A stretch of 31,529 nt of DNA. Source: a virus (lineage: Duplodnaviria > Heunggongvirae > Uroviricota > Caudoviricetes). Under the pieces are notes generated by a model. It did not search any database. It was not told the origin of the DNA and saw nothing but the letters and a program-made list of their open reading frames with translations. Of the stretch, positions 15,715-25,090 are shown one piece after another. The stretch lies in the IMG/VR virus record IMGVR_UViG_3300033077_000655, one strand, 5' to 3'. Positions within the stretch are counted from its first letter, which is position 1, and each line of letters starts with the position of its first letter. The position numbers were made by a program, and so were the translations under genes.

Positions 15715-16898
15715 TTTATATAGCAATTGACCATATCCATCCAGTATCACGTAGGCCTATGCCCAATGGAATACCCGAGCATCAGCACGATCAGTTGGAT
15801 TACATGGATGGTCGACGTTTAGATTTTCCTCGAATTATTTACTATCTCCGCGATTGCAAAATATCTTCTCGTATAATTAGTACCGCCGATGCACCCAATC
15901 ATGCATGGTATCCAATGGTGTTAGGATGGTTTGACTTTTCACAAGACTATTTTGGTATGATCAGCAATGCTGCTTTTATGCGTATAAAGAAAAAAGAAAT
16001 GAAACTGGTATTCACTTATCACGAAGGTGACCATCCTGGTTCTATACGCAACCGACTGGATGATCTTTGTCAGCAGTATAACATTGATCCTGAATTAGTA
16101 TGGTTGATTTCTGGTAATTCCTCCGCAGATCAATATCACAATACTGTGTACTGGCCTGAATTGGAATTCATGTACTGGCGTACTGTTGATCGTGAGTCGG
16201 GGGCAAAGTATCATTTGAATACAAGATCACGTGCGTATACTGGACTGTGTAGAATTGACAAACTGTGGCGCAAGGTATTCATGAGTGAGCTGTGGAGTCA
16301 GGGATTACACAATCGTGGATACTTTAGTTACAATCAACATCTGTTGGGGAGTGAAGATGATTACTTTGGATGTGCATTAAACAACAATTATCTTGCTGCA
16401 AGTCAATCAAGAGTGGATGATTTTATTGCGGCAGGCCCGTTCCGTGTGGACAATCTTGATACTGTTGCCCATAACAAATACAATCTCAACATGACAGAAA
16501 TGTATTCTGACAGTTATTTTAACATTGTGTTAGAAACCATGATTGATGTAGATGCGTCCAGCGGGCAGTTTGTTACAGAAAAAACATGCAAACCCATATT
16601 CAACAATCAATTCTTTGTGGTAGTTAGTTCGGTTGATCACCAAAGACACTTGCGTGATTTAGGATATCGGACCTTTGGCCGTTGTATAGATGAAAGTTAT
16701 GATTCAATTTCCAACAATCAAGATCGATTTGAAGCTGTGTTAGAATTAACTAAAAAGTTAGCCAGGACCGAGCTAGACCAATTGCATGAGTTATATACGG
16801 AGTTGGCTCCCGAGATACAACATAATTCTCAGATATTCATTGAAGGTATGGGGTATCGATTACAAGCTGTAGTAGATCGTATTAACTACAAACAGTAA
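15711..16898 (+). CDS. Putative glycosyltransferase, GT10/GT-B-like paralogue 2 (start moved from 15660)
   Basis: YFNIVLET...VTEKTCKPIF...LRDLGYRTF...DESYD; ATG15711 overlaps the upstream TGA. Confidence 0.6.
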   Translation: MIYIAIDHIHPVSRRPMPNGIPEHQHDQLDYMDGRRLDFPRIIYYLRDCKISSRIISTADAPNHAWYPMVLGWFDFSQDYFGMISNAAFMRIKKKEMKLVFTYHEGDHPGSIRNRLDDLCQQYNIDPELVWLISGNSSADQYHNTVYWPELEFMYWRTVDRESGAKYHLNTRSRAYTGLCRIDKLWRKVFMSELWSQGLHNRGYFSYNQHLLGSEDDYFGCALNNNYLAASQSRVDDFIAAGPFRVDNLDTVAHNKYNLNMTEMYSDSYFNIVLETMIDVDASSGQFVTEKTCKPIFNNQFFVVVSSVDHQRHLRDLGYRTFGRCIDESYDSISNNQDRFEAVLELTKKLARTELDQLHELYTELAPEIQHNSQIFIEGMGYRLQAVVDRINYKQ

Positions 16899-18363
16899 TG
16901 CCATACAAACGCTGAAATCTATCTGCATCTGCACGATCATTTACCATTGGTTCTCCACGTATATTCAAGCTGGTGTTTAATAACATAGGACAGCCAGTCA
17001 TGAAATGCCATTTTTCTAATAGCAATCGAATTCCTGATCTATCTGCCGGAACTGTCTGTACACGACTGGTGCCGTCATGATGAACAATAGCAGGAAATAA
17101 TTCTGGATTTCTACAAGTGGCTACCACTTGCATGTATCTGCTGTTGCTCCAATGTTTGGGCATATCAAAATATTGATCAACGTATTCTTCAAGGATAACT
17201 GGTGCAAATGGTCTAAACTTTTGGCGTCGTTTGATTTCATTCACTTTGTTCTTGATTGAATGTCCTCGTGGATCAGCTAGTAGACTTCTATTGCCTAATG
17301 CTCTTGGTCCAAATTCTGCACACCCTGATGCAACACCAACAATGCGATCAGTTAGTAGCCCGTCAAGTATACTGTTAACAGGATACTCACCAACAATGTT
17401 GTGCCCGAGAAAAGCAGTATCCCACTTGAGATGGCGGCCCATTCCAAGAGCTGCTGCACCAAGACTATTGCCAGCATCCCCAGGATTAGGCATGATCCAG
17501 ATGTTTTTATAGAACGCTCCTAGCTGGCTGTTGGCCACACAGTTCAACGCTACTCCGCCTCCATAAACTAGATTACGACTGCGTCCTATCATTCTAGCAC
17601 GACTGATAATGTTGCGTATCAGTTGCTCTACTAGCAATTGTGCGCTGCAAGCAATATCCATTGGGTCAGCATTGGGCAAGAAGTTATCATCAACTCCAAT
17701 ATGCAAATTTTGCACGAACTGAGAATTATCTTTAGAATTCACCAGTTGCTGCTGCATTTCACGCAGATACTTAGGCTGGCCGTATGCTGCCATTCCCATG
17801 AGAATGTATTCTTCGTCTAAGGGTCGGAGTCCTACCCGTCGAGTCATAGCTGAATAAAACAATCCAAGGCTATGTGGATATTGCTGACTCCACAATTTCT
17901 TGTACTGGGCACAACCAGTGTCATCATTGTATGCTGCATCCCATATGGACACTGTGTCAAACTCACCAATGGCATCTATCACTACCACTGTGGCATCATC
18001 GTACGGACTGGTTTGGAATCCTGCTGCTGCATGGCATAGATGATGTGCATGTGTATGTATACGTGGTCTATTCAAATCATTGTAGGTATTGCCTAGTAAT
18101 CGATTCCAAGTTGGCCATTGAAATCCTTCTCCGCTACGTAGCTGTCTAAATGCTTTTATCCAGGGACGTTCATAATAGTGATATTCAACTTGGTCCGAAT
18201 CAACATGTGCTAACGCATCTAAAACTAATTCAAGACATATATCTTTATCGTGTTTTTTTTTGCTATAGCGTTCGCTATGTGCAGCAAACAAAATATCGCC
18301 AGAAGAATTCACTACACTGACAGCAGCGTCATGAAATCCAGCTGATATTCCCATGTAGTTCAT
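16882..18363 (-). CDS. Carbamoyltransferase (NodU/CmcH/TobZ family)
   Basis: GISAGFHDAAV, HHLCHA, VIDAIGE, HSLGLFYS, MGMAAYG, GGVALNCVAN, PGDAG, EFGPRALGNRS, FRPFAP, SRVQTV, LLNTSLNIRGEP. Confidence 0.95.
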   Translation of the reverse strand: MNYMGISAGFHDAAVSVVNSSGDILFAAHSERYSKKKHDKDICLELVLDALAHVDSDQVEYHYYERPWIKAFRQLRSGEGFQWPTWNRLLGNTYNDLNRPRIHTHAHHLCHAAAGFQTSPYDDATVVVIDAIGEFDTVSIWDAAYNDDTGCAQYKKLWSQQYPHSLGLFYSAMTRRVGLRPLDEEYILMGMAAYGQPKYLREMQQQLVNSKDNSQFVQNLHIGVDDNFLPNADPMDIACSAQLLVEQLIRNIISRARMIGRSRNLVYGGGVALNCVANSQLGAFYKNIWIMPNPGDAGNSLGAAALGMGRHLKWDTAFLGHNIVGEYPVNSILDGLLTDRIVGVASGCAEFGPRALGNRSLLADPRGHSIKNKVNEIKRRQKFRPFAPVILEEYVDQYFDMPKHWSNSRYMQVVATCRNPELFPAIVHHDGTSRVQTVPADRSGIRLLLEKWHFMTGCPMLLNTSLNIRGEPMVNDRADADRFQRLYGITVCS

Positions 18364-18461
18364 TTATAGATAAATGGGTCTCTTTTGCGCAGTTCTTTTA
18401 ATTTTTTACGATAGCGAATCTCAAGGGTAATCTTTGCCCATAAACGTTTTATCCAGTTCAT
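18360..18461 (-). CDS. 33-aa basic, aromatic-rich small protein (not in ORF track)
   Basis: MNWIKRLWAKITLEIRYRKKLKELRKRDPFIYK. ATG18461 overlaps the upstream TGA and its own TGA overlaps the carbamoyltransferase ATG (ATGA at both ends), exactly filling the gap. Confidence 0.85.
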   Translation of the reverse strand: MNWIKRLWAKITLEIRYRKKLKELRKRDPFIYK

Positions 18462-19498
18462 TTTAATTTCCTTATTTGTTGTTGATCATAGTCCGGATCA
18501 GTCCAGTTATACTCATATGTAGCGTCTGATTCAGCTGTGCGTATTTTATATACATCTAGATGTGCTGCCAACTGCGTCCATATCTGCCTGTAATCTGTGG
18601 TTCCAAAGCTGCGTAGTAGATCCACTTGAGCTATCTTAGGATGGCCTATGGTTAACAATTTATCTTCAGGATCAAACCCATTTTTTACTAACCATTCTCG
18701 AAACTCGTTGAGTATTTTAATCTGCCAAGGAAATGTGCCTGGGTCATTGGCCCATTCAATATCAAAATCTCCAGCAGCTTCAGTCTGTGCTCGCATTGCA
18801 AGTGTAACTAGTTCTCCTACCCGACTGTCACGTCCTTCATCATTGAATACTTCCCAATGGTGTTTGCCTACTGCTTTATTTACTCCCACATACACGCCGC
18901 CTAATTGACGATTAATTGTTTCAATTCCAAACAACTCATAATCCTTGGTATCTAACGTAAATCGTGGAGCCTTGAGCCAACACATTAGCTGCGACGGCCT
19001 GCGCCATTCAGGTGCGTCTTTTAGCTTACGCATACTTAATATCAAACTTTCAAGTTCATGACATAACAAATTCAACTGGCGTATATGCCACCGTGTGGTA
19101 TCATCAGCGGCTGTGTAGTAAGGACTCATTGCTCCTGACACCCCTTGCAGATCTTCAAAGTATCTATGTAATAGATTCATGTGAGCATGGTTGGTCTTGC
19201 CATCCTCTGCTATTGTATTAGCCGGACTGTAAGAATCCTGTATAGTATATCCTAAATCTGCTGCATTTACAGCATGAATACTGCGATTAATTTGTGTACA
19301 CAGATATTCTAATGTCCGAGCACTTTCAGTCCACCCGACCCAACAATAGTTTTTTTCTAAATGATAGTTGTACTCAAGTAGATGATTCAATGATGTCATC
19401 CACTTACGTGCAATACTGTTGTGATACACATCAATATACACAGTCAATATGTGATTATTGTTGCCGCGTAAATCTATTTCAATTGAATTGTTAAGCAT
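18458..19498 (-). CDS. Hypothetical protein, 346 aa
   Basis: Long ORF overlapping both neighbours; no CxxxCxxC; His-containing segments HMNLLHRYFEDLQG and LNLLCHELE. Confidence 0.85.
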   Translation of the reverse strand: MLNNSIEIDLRGNNNHILTVYIDVYHNSIARKWMTSLNHLLEYNYHLEKNYCWVGWTESARTLEYLCTQINRSIHAVNAADLGYTIQDSYSPANTIAEDGKTNHAHMNLLHRYFEDLQGVSGAMSPYYTAADDTTRWHIRQLNLLCHELESLILSMRKLKDAPEWRRPSQLMCWLKAPRFTLDTKDYELFGIETINRQLGGVYVGVNKAVGKHHWEVFNDEGRDSRVGELVTLAMRAQTEAAGDFDIEWANDPGTFPWQIKILNEFREWLVKNGFDPEDKLLTIGHPKIAQVDLLRSFGTTDYRQIWTQLAAHLDVYKIRTAESDATYEYNWTDPDYDQQQIRKLK

Positions 19499-20780
19499 TG
19501 TTCATCCACCATTTCAATACGTCTGGTCTTGATGCCAGGATATCTGTCATTGTTATCCGTTGAGTACGTATTTGTTCTAATTGTAGCACACGAGCACGAC
19601 CTTGAGCAATACCTTGTTTGTATTCGTTGGGCCATTGTTCTTCAAATGTGGGTCGATTTTTTAATTGTATAAGTACATCTTGCATGGCACCGTGTGTATT
19701 GGGTATTAGTTCGTCCAGCCATGGTTCTAATAAGTGTCTTGGCAATGCCAATGGACTCATTACAATTTCAGGACCAAATGAGAAGATAACCTTAGCCAGG
19801 ATATCTACATTTAATTGTCTAGCAAGTTCTGTAATGTTGGCAATTTCAAACATTCCAGGCAAGGTGAGAGTAAAGTCAATTCTAACTTGACGTGGGTGCT
19901 GTTGTATTGCAACTGCGGCATGAAAGTTTTCAAGCCATCGATTATAATCAAGCCCTGTTCTAATGTATTCCCCAATTGCACCTGTACCGTCAAGACTTGC
20001 ACATATCTGCCAATCTCTAAGTTCAGGAAGAATGTCTCGATAGAGATTGATCCCACGGTATTCCATCCTGGACAAGTTGGTATTATATCTAGCATATACT
20101 CTGGGTCCATCTTTTAGTTCTATAATACGTTGCATGTATCGCCAATGCTGTTCGTACATCAATGGCTCGCCGCCAACCCAGTATACTTCTTCTACTCTGT
20201 GCTGTTCCACAGCATTACTAAATTCGTGTTCAATTTGACTGTCTTGAAACTTGGAAATTTGTTCTCTAACGTCAGGCTTCATCCAGTTGTTTTTAGGATC
20301 AGTCCAGTTGATCATGCTGTGAGTTTTTTGTTCTGTTTCCCATGCACTACTTAACATATCTCCGCAAGTTCTACATTTGAAATTGCACAAATTGCTGAAT
20401 CTATAATCCCAGCTGACTGGTAATGTATCACAAGTACCATCCTCGTGTGTGGATGACATTAATTCATCATATTTGTGTTTAAATAGGTGCCAAAAGTATG
20501 TTCGATAAACATCAGTGTTTAACAACTGATCATTACACACTTCACATTCGGGCAACTTCTCTCCTGCCATCATACGTTTACGCACAGATCGCATGTGATC
20601 GTTGTTCCAGTGTTGTTCTAATGTGATAGGTACATATGCACCGGTACCAGATTCAGTATCTATATATTGTGTAAAGTTCTGAGCTGGTTCTCGACTGGCA
20701 CAACACATACGTCTTTCAGTTTGTGGCGAGAGATATGTATGCACCCACGGTGCTAAACATAAGGTATCAGGTTTTAACAT
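19491..20780 (-). CDS. Radical SAM protein with N-terminal twitch/SPASM-like domain (subtype A)
   Basis: CLAPW...RMCC, CEVC, CNFKCRTC, VGGEP, YNTN, ASLDG. ATG20780 is preferred over TTG20786. Confidence 0.92.
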   Translation of the reverse strand: MLKPDTLCLAPWVHTYLSPQTERRMCCASREPAQNFTQYIDTESGTGAYVPITLEQHWNNDHMRSVRKRMMAGEKLPECEVCNDQLLNTDVYRTYFWHLFKHKYDELMSSTHEDGTCDTLPVSWDYRFSNLCNFKCRTCGDMLSSAWETEQKTHSMINWTDPKNNWMKPDVREQISKFQDSQIEHEFSNAVEQHRVEEVYWVGGEPLMYEQHWRYMQRIIELKDGPRVYARYNTNLSRMEYRGINLYRDILPELRDWQICASLDGTGAIGEYIRTGLDYNRWLENFHAAVAIQQHPRQVRIDFTLTLPGMFEIANITELARQLNVDILAKVIFSFGPEIVMSPLALPRHLLEPWLDELIPNTHGAMQDVLIQLKNRPTFEEQWPNEYKQGIAQGRARVLQLEQIRTQRITMTDILASRPDVLKWWMNNA

Positions 20781-21978
20781 AGCCAAGTATCTCTGACAAT
20801 TCAGGTGCTAGTTTAGCCAAGTTTTGATTTCTACGGTGATCTAATAGTTGAATCTGAGATCTTGTTTCTTTGCCATCCATTGATTCCCCGTTGTTCATAA
20901 AATTAATAATTCGTTCAAAATCTAATCGATATACTTCAGGAGTATCGCACATGCTGAGATAACTTGCAATTTCTTGCTTGGCATCTGCAGGTAGCCTTGA
21001 TATTGAAAAATACCAAGCATCATGCATTATATTCCAATATACAAAATCAAAAGATTGCTCAATTATCCATTGTGCCACTTGGTCAAGATATCTCACATTG
21101 AATACATTTACTGTGGTGCAGCATTGCAACTGTAGATTAGGCAGTTGTTCTCGCAAGGATCTAAATTGATTTAAATTTTGTTCTACTTCTTGCCATACTG
21201 CATTACTACGTTGATATTCAAAACGCGGACCAATGTCATCAATGCTGAATGCTACTTCTACAGTTTTAAAGTGTTTCCATAGGTCAGGTCCACGATCAGG
21301 AAACAACGTACCATTGGTGTTATAATGTATCTCAACTTGGTCAGCTATGCCACGATTTATTAGACCTTGCAACATATCAAAGTGTTGATCAATCATAAAT
21401 GGTTCACCGCCAGTGAATTCTATATGTCGTATATCTGTCAGTATCAAATCAATTTGCTGCCAGAAATGGGTATTTTCTCTAGGCCATGCACCTGCTTTCA
21501 TCATCTTATAAGCATGACTGGATTTTTGTTCTGCTCTGGGCATGAATGAAATCTCTTCTCCGGCAAATTGCGAACTTGACCAAGGTCCGCAAATCCTACA
21601 TTTGAGATTGCAGATATTGCCCAGTTTGAGATCTAAGAACATTAAAGGTTTTGTATCATGACTCCAGCTATCATCTAGGAGTGTGTGTTTAAGACGATCT
21701 AATGTGTGCATACGTTTAGATTTGCGGCCTGACTCTTCTTCGTTCCAACATTTGCGACAAGTTTTAGGCTGTTGTCCCGACAAGAACTCTGTTCGCAACT
21801 GACGCATGTGATTGCTATTTTGTATGTCGGCAAAGTCAGCAGTGTCCAATTTGAATTTGTTTCCGTTGTTGTCTAGAATTTCGTCGTCGGCCAAACAGCA
21901 AGGCCGTACAGTGCCAACAGGACTGGCTTCCATACTAATCCACGGTAACACACAGAATTTATTGTGGGGTAAGTTCAT
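20767..21978 (-). CDS. Radical SAM protein with N-terminal twitch/SPASM-like domain (subtype A) (start moved from 22011)
   Basis: CVLPW...RPCC, CRKC, CNLKCRIC, TGGEP, YNTNG, FSIDD; ATG21978 overlaps the upstream TGA. Confidence 0.92.
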   Translation of the reverse strand: MNLPHNKFCVLPWISMEASPVGTVRPCCLADDEILDNNGNKFKLDTADFADIQNSNHMRQLRTEFLSGQQPKTCRKCWNEEESGRKSKRMHTLDRLKHTLLDDSWSHDTKPLMFLDLKLGNICNLKCRICGPWSSSQFAGEEISFMPRAEQKSSHAYKMMKAGAWPRENTHFWQQIDLILTDIRHIEFTGGEPFMIDQHFDMLQGLINRGIADQVEIHYNTNGTLFPDRGPDLWKHFKTVEVAFSIDDIGPRFEYQRSNAVWQEVEQNLNQFRSLREQLPNLQLQCCTTVNVFNVRYLDQVAQWIIEQSFDFVYWNIMHDAWYFSISRLPADAKQEIASYLSMCDTPEVYRLDFERIINFMNNGESMDGKETRSQIQLLDHRRNQNLAKLAPELSEILGYVKT

Positions 21979-23375
21979 AATATGTCTAAATAAGAAAATA
22001 ACAACCGCCAATTGGTAGATCGTCGACGATCCAATTCGTTGAGATACACATGTAATTGTTTTATAGAAAATAGATCATTATGAGAACTTTGCTTTAGCAA
22101 ACTCTGTAACCCTTGCATGCGTGGAATAGCTTCTCTTTGTGCATCTGTATTTGTGGGCATGGCATTTAATATTTTTTCAAAATCATCTTTCCAAAAATCC
22201 CAAGCAAATATTTTGGGATGTTGAAACATGTGTGGCCCGGTATAAAATTGAAAATAGTGTCCAATATGTTTATATTTACTGTAGTGGGTTATTTTGTCAA
22301 TCAATCCTGGCATGGTTTTTACAGTCATAGCAGTAACAGTCTGATTGACATTGAGTCGTAACCAGTCATCTTGCTGAATTGCCCAGGCAATTCTTTTTTC
22401 AAACTTATCTAAATCAAGTCCAGATCTTACATATTCTTGTTCAGGGCCCCAGCAGTCTATGCTGGCTGTGAGATCAAATACTCTTATGTTTCCTTTCATC
22501 TGTAATGCATGGATTCGATCCATATAATAATTCCACCATTTGTCAGGAACATTGCAATTACTAAAAATAGAAAATTCTAAATTTGGACTAGGATTGCGTT
22601 CTAATATATCCAGTACTGAATTCATCAGCTTGTGTTGTATAAATGTTTCCCCTCCTAGCAAATGCAGACGAATCAGCTGTTGTATGTTTTTTTCTAACCA
22701 GGCAAGAAATCGATCAAAGTATTTGTCGGTTGCTGCTGTAGGAACTGATACAATTGGTATTCTTACATTGTCCTGGATAAATTCACCATGCTTGAGATTT
22801 TCTTGTTCAATTTTGCTACTCAAAGATCCATTGCAATAAATGCAACTTAGATTACAGGTATTCTGAGCAAATATTTCTACTATGCGAGGTGTCACTGAAA
22901 TAGCAGTAGGGTCTAACTCAAGTTCAGGAGGAGTAAGTCCGCGTATATCTAAATTATGTTGTCGATCGCTCCACCCACCTGAATTTTCAATCTCCTGGCA
23001 ATATTCACATCCGCCCGTGGGCCATTTGCCTTCCAGCATGAGTTGACGGTCAGCAAGTTTTTTAGGAATATTATGAAAATTATCAAAATTATCTAGTTCA
23101 AACGGTATTGGATCTACACGATGACAACTGGCTGTGGCAAGTTGATTGAGATAGATTGTGCTCCAGGTCCATTTGCTTTGACAAGCTGTGGCAGTTTTGA
23201 TAGGAAACATTATGCCTTGTTTACGATGCTGTTTAATGTATGCGTCTAGCTCTTGGTGTATCTCTAATTTTTCTCCCCGGGATCCTTGCAAGAAATCAGT
23301 ATACAACGGCCAATCAGGTCCAGCTATTTCTTTATAATCTGTTTCAGTTATATATAGATGTAGATTTTTTTCCAT
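21975..23375 (-). CDS. Radical SAM protein with N-terminal twitch/SPASM-like domain (subtype B) and a short GPDWP-containing extension
   Basis: CQSKW...ASCHR, CEYC, CNLSCIYC, LGGET, FSN, ASID; N-terminal YKEIAGPDWPLYTDF. Confidence 0.9.
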   Translation of the reverse strand: MEKNLHLYITETDYKEIAGPDWPLYTDFLQGSRGEKLEIHQELDAYIKQHRKQGIMFPIKTATACQSKWTWSTIYLNQLATASCHRVDPIPFELDNFDNFHNIPKKLADRQLMLEGKWPTGGCEYCQEIENSGGWSDRQHNLDIRGLTPPELELDPTAISVTPRIVEIFAQNTCNLSCIYCNGSLSSKIEQENLKHGEFIQDNVRIPIVSVPTAATDKYFDRFLAWLEKNIQQLIRLHLLGGETFIQHKLMNSVLDILERNPSPNLEFSIFSNCNVPDKWWNYYMDRIHALQMKGNIRVFDLTASIDCWGPEQEYVRSGLDLDKFEKRIAWAIQQDDWLRLNVNQTVTAMTVKTMPGLIDKITHYSKYKHIGHYFQFYTGPHMFQHPKIFAWDFWKDDFEKILNAMPTNTDAQREAIPRMQGLQSLLKQSSHNDLFSIKQLHVYLNELDRRRSTNWRLLFSYLDIL

Positions 23376-23383
23376 ATATTAAT

Positions 23384-25090
23384 CTATAATAAACTTTGGA
23401 GTTCGGGTATAATATCTAACAATTTTTCTGAACGTATATTATCTAGTTCATGAGTCTTGCGCCAAAAAGTATCAATGAGATTAGTGTTGTCTGTGGCCAT
23501 CATAAAATTAATAGCCGACTCAAATCCCGACGTGGCTCGATTTAGTTTATCTTTTGTGATTAACCATTCTAAGTGTTCTTGATATTTCACCCGCAGACGT
23601 TGCTTGTACTTGATAGGAGCAATGTCAATTCGATAATATTCTGGATCTTGCAATATGTTTACATTGAGATCTTGAGGTTTTATGAATCCTCGTTTGACCC
23701 AGTCTTGATGGAAATCAGGAAGATGCCATGCATTCATTATGCTAAGAGTGGGGGAGATATAGAAGTCCACTTGTGGACACACTTGCAACATCTCAATCCT
23801 ATTTTGCTCAACTTGTTTCCAATCTGTACCTTTGCGTATGTATTCAGCATATTTTCCTGAACCATCAAGACTGGCACCTACTGATACGCTATCAAATAGT
23901 TTCCAATATTCAAAAACACTTTTACCTTTAAGATCTGTATGTGTGAAGTTTGTGTTGTAAATCAATCTAACCTCAAATCGTTCTCGACGAACAAGTTCGT
24001 CCAGGATTTGATAATGTTCTTCCATTAACAAAGGCTCGCCACCGGCAAAGTATATCTGTTCTACATAATCAATGTGCGGCAACAACTGCTCCCATACATC
24101 AGTTTCTGTACGCCCTGCATAATTCAATACCTGATTTTGTTTTTTCCATTCGCTGCCGGCCAGTTTGGATTGATCTTGATACCATTGGCTAGAGAAAATA
24201 TGGCCACAACTACGACATTTGAGATTGCAGAGGTTTGAAAAACGGATATCCCAATATATCATCTCAAATCTATCTAATGTTCCGTTATCTTTTGTTTCTG
24301 CAATTCGATTAATTAGATGCCCATGATGTTTATTTGCTGACTTCCTTCCTGAGAAGAATCCAGAAATTTCTTGTTCATAGCATTTAGTACAGGCAGTGCT
24401 GCTTTTCTCAGACAACATGTTTACTCTAAGCTGCTTCATTGGGGTGTCATTCCATATTTCTGACATGGTATTAGTTCTTAGATTGCCTACTTGACCTACA
24501 GGATCGCTCATGCAGCATGGAAATGCTTGTCCGGTAGGCCAGGCATGCAAATGGGTCCACGGGTACATACAAAATTTTTCACTGTCTGCTAACAAAAATT
24601 TCTCACGTTCACTTAATTGATTTAAATTGATCTTGAGTGGATTAGAGGATCCATATTGATATATTTCTTTTTTTCCGGAAGGATGGTGTTTGACAACCAC
24701 AGGAACATTGGTTCCTTCATCAACATACATACCGGTGATAGGAATAACATCCGAACTAATTTTGGTCACAAACTCAAGTTCTTGATTCAAATTAAGATTG
24801 TTGGATAATATGATAATAAAAAAGTTGCTAACATCCACTTTGTTGGCAATTATTTGCAGATTTTTTAAGATAAGACCCACACTGTCATTTTTTACATATA
24901 TATCGCCACTTTTTTGGATAAACAAGATGCGCTGATTATCGGTGTATTCATCTCTGTGTATTCTTTTAAATTCTGAATCTAACCAAATCTGAGCATATTC
25001 ATAAGACATGCTATGCCAATGATCAAGTTCAACGACCGCAAGTATATCATGCTGTTTTTTTAATTGATCAATTTGTTCTTGAAATGTCAT
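23384..25090 (-). CDS. Radical SAM protein with N-terminal twitch/SPASM-like domain (subtype A) and a ~170-aa N-terminal extra domain (start moved from 25105)
   Basis: CMYPW...FPCC, CTKC, CNLKCRSC, AGGEP, YNTN, ASLDG; ATG25090 overlaps the upstream TGA. Confidence 0.92.
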   Translation of the reverse strand: MTFQEQIDQLKKQHDILAVVELDHWHSMSYEYAQIWLDSEFKRIHRDEYTDNQRILFIQKSGDIYVKNDSVGLILKNLQIIANKVDVSNFFIIILSNNLNLNQELEFVTKISSDVIPITGMYVDEGTNVPVVVKHHPSGKKEIYQYGSSNPLKINLNQLSEREKFLLADSEKFCMYPWTHLHAWPTGQAFPCCMSDPVGQVGNLRTNTMSEIWNDTPMKQLRVNMLSEKSSTACTKCYEQEISGFFSGRKSANKHHGHLINRIAETKDNGTLDRFEMIYWDIRFSNLCNLKCRSCGHIFSSQWYQDQSKLAGSEWKKQNQVLNYAGRTETDVWEQLLPHIDYVEQIYFAGGEPLLMEEHYQILDELVRRERFEVRLIYNTNFTHTDLKGKSVFEYWKLFDSVSVGASLDGSGKYAEYIRKGTDWKQVEQNRIEMLQVCPQVDFYISPTLSIMNAWHLPDFHQDWVKRGFIKPQDLNVNILQDPEYYRIDIAPIKYKQRLRVKYQEHLEWLITKDKLNRATSGFESAINFMMATDNTNLIDTFWRKTHELDNIRSEKLLDIIPELQSLL

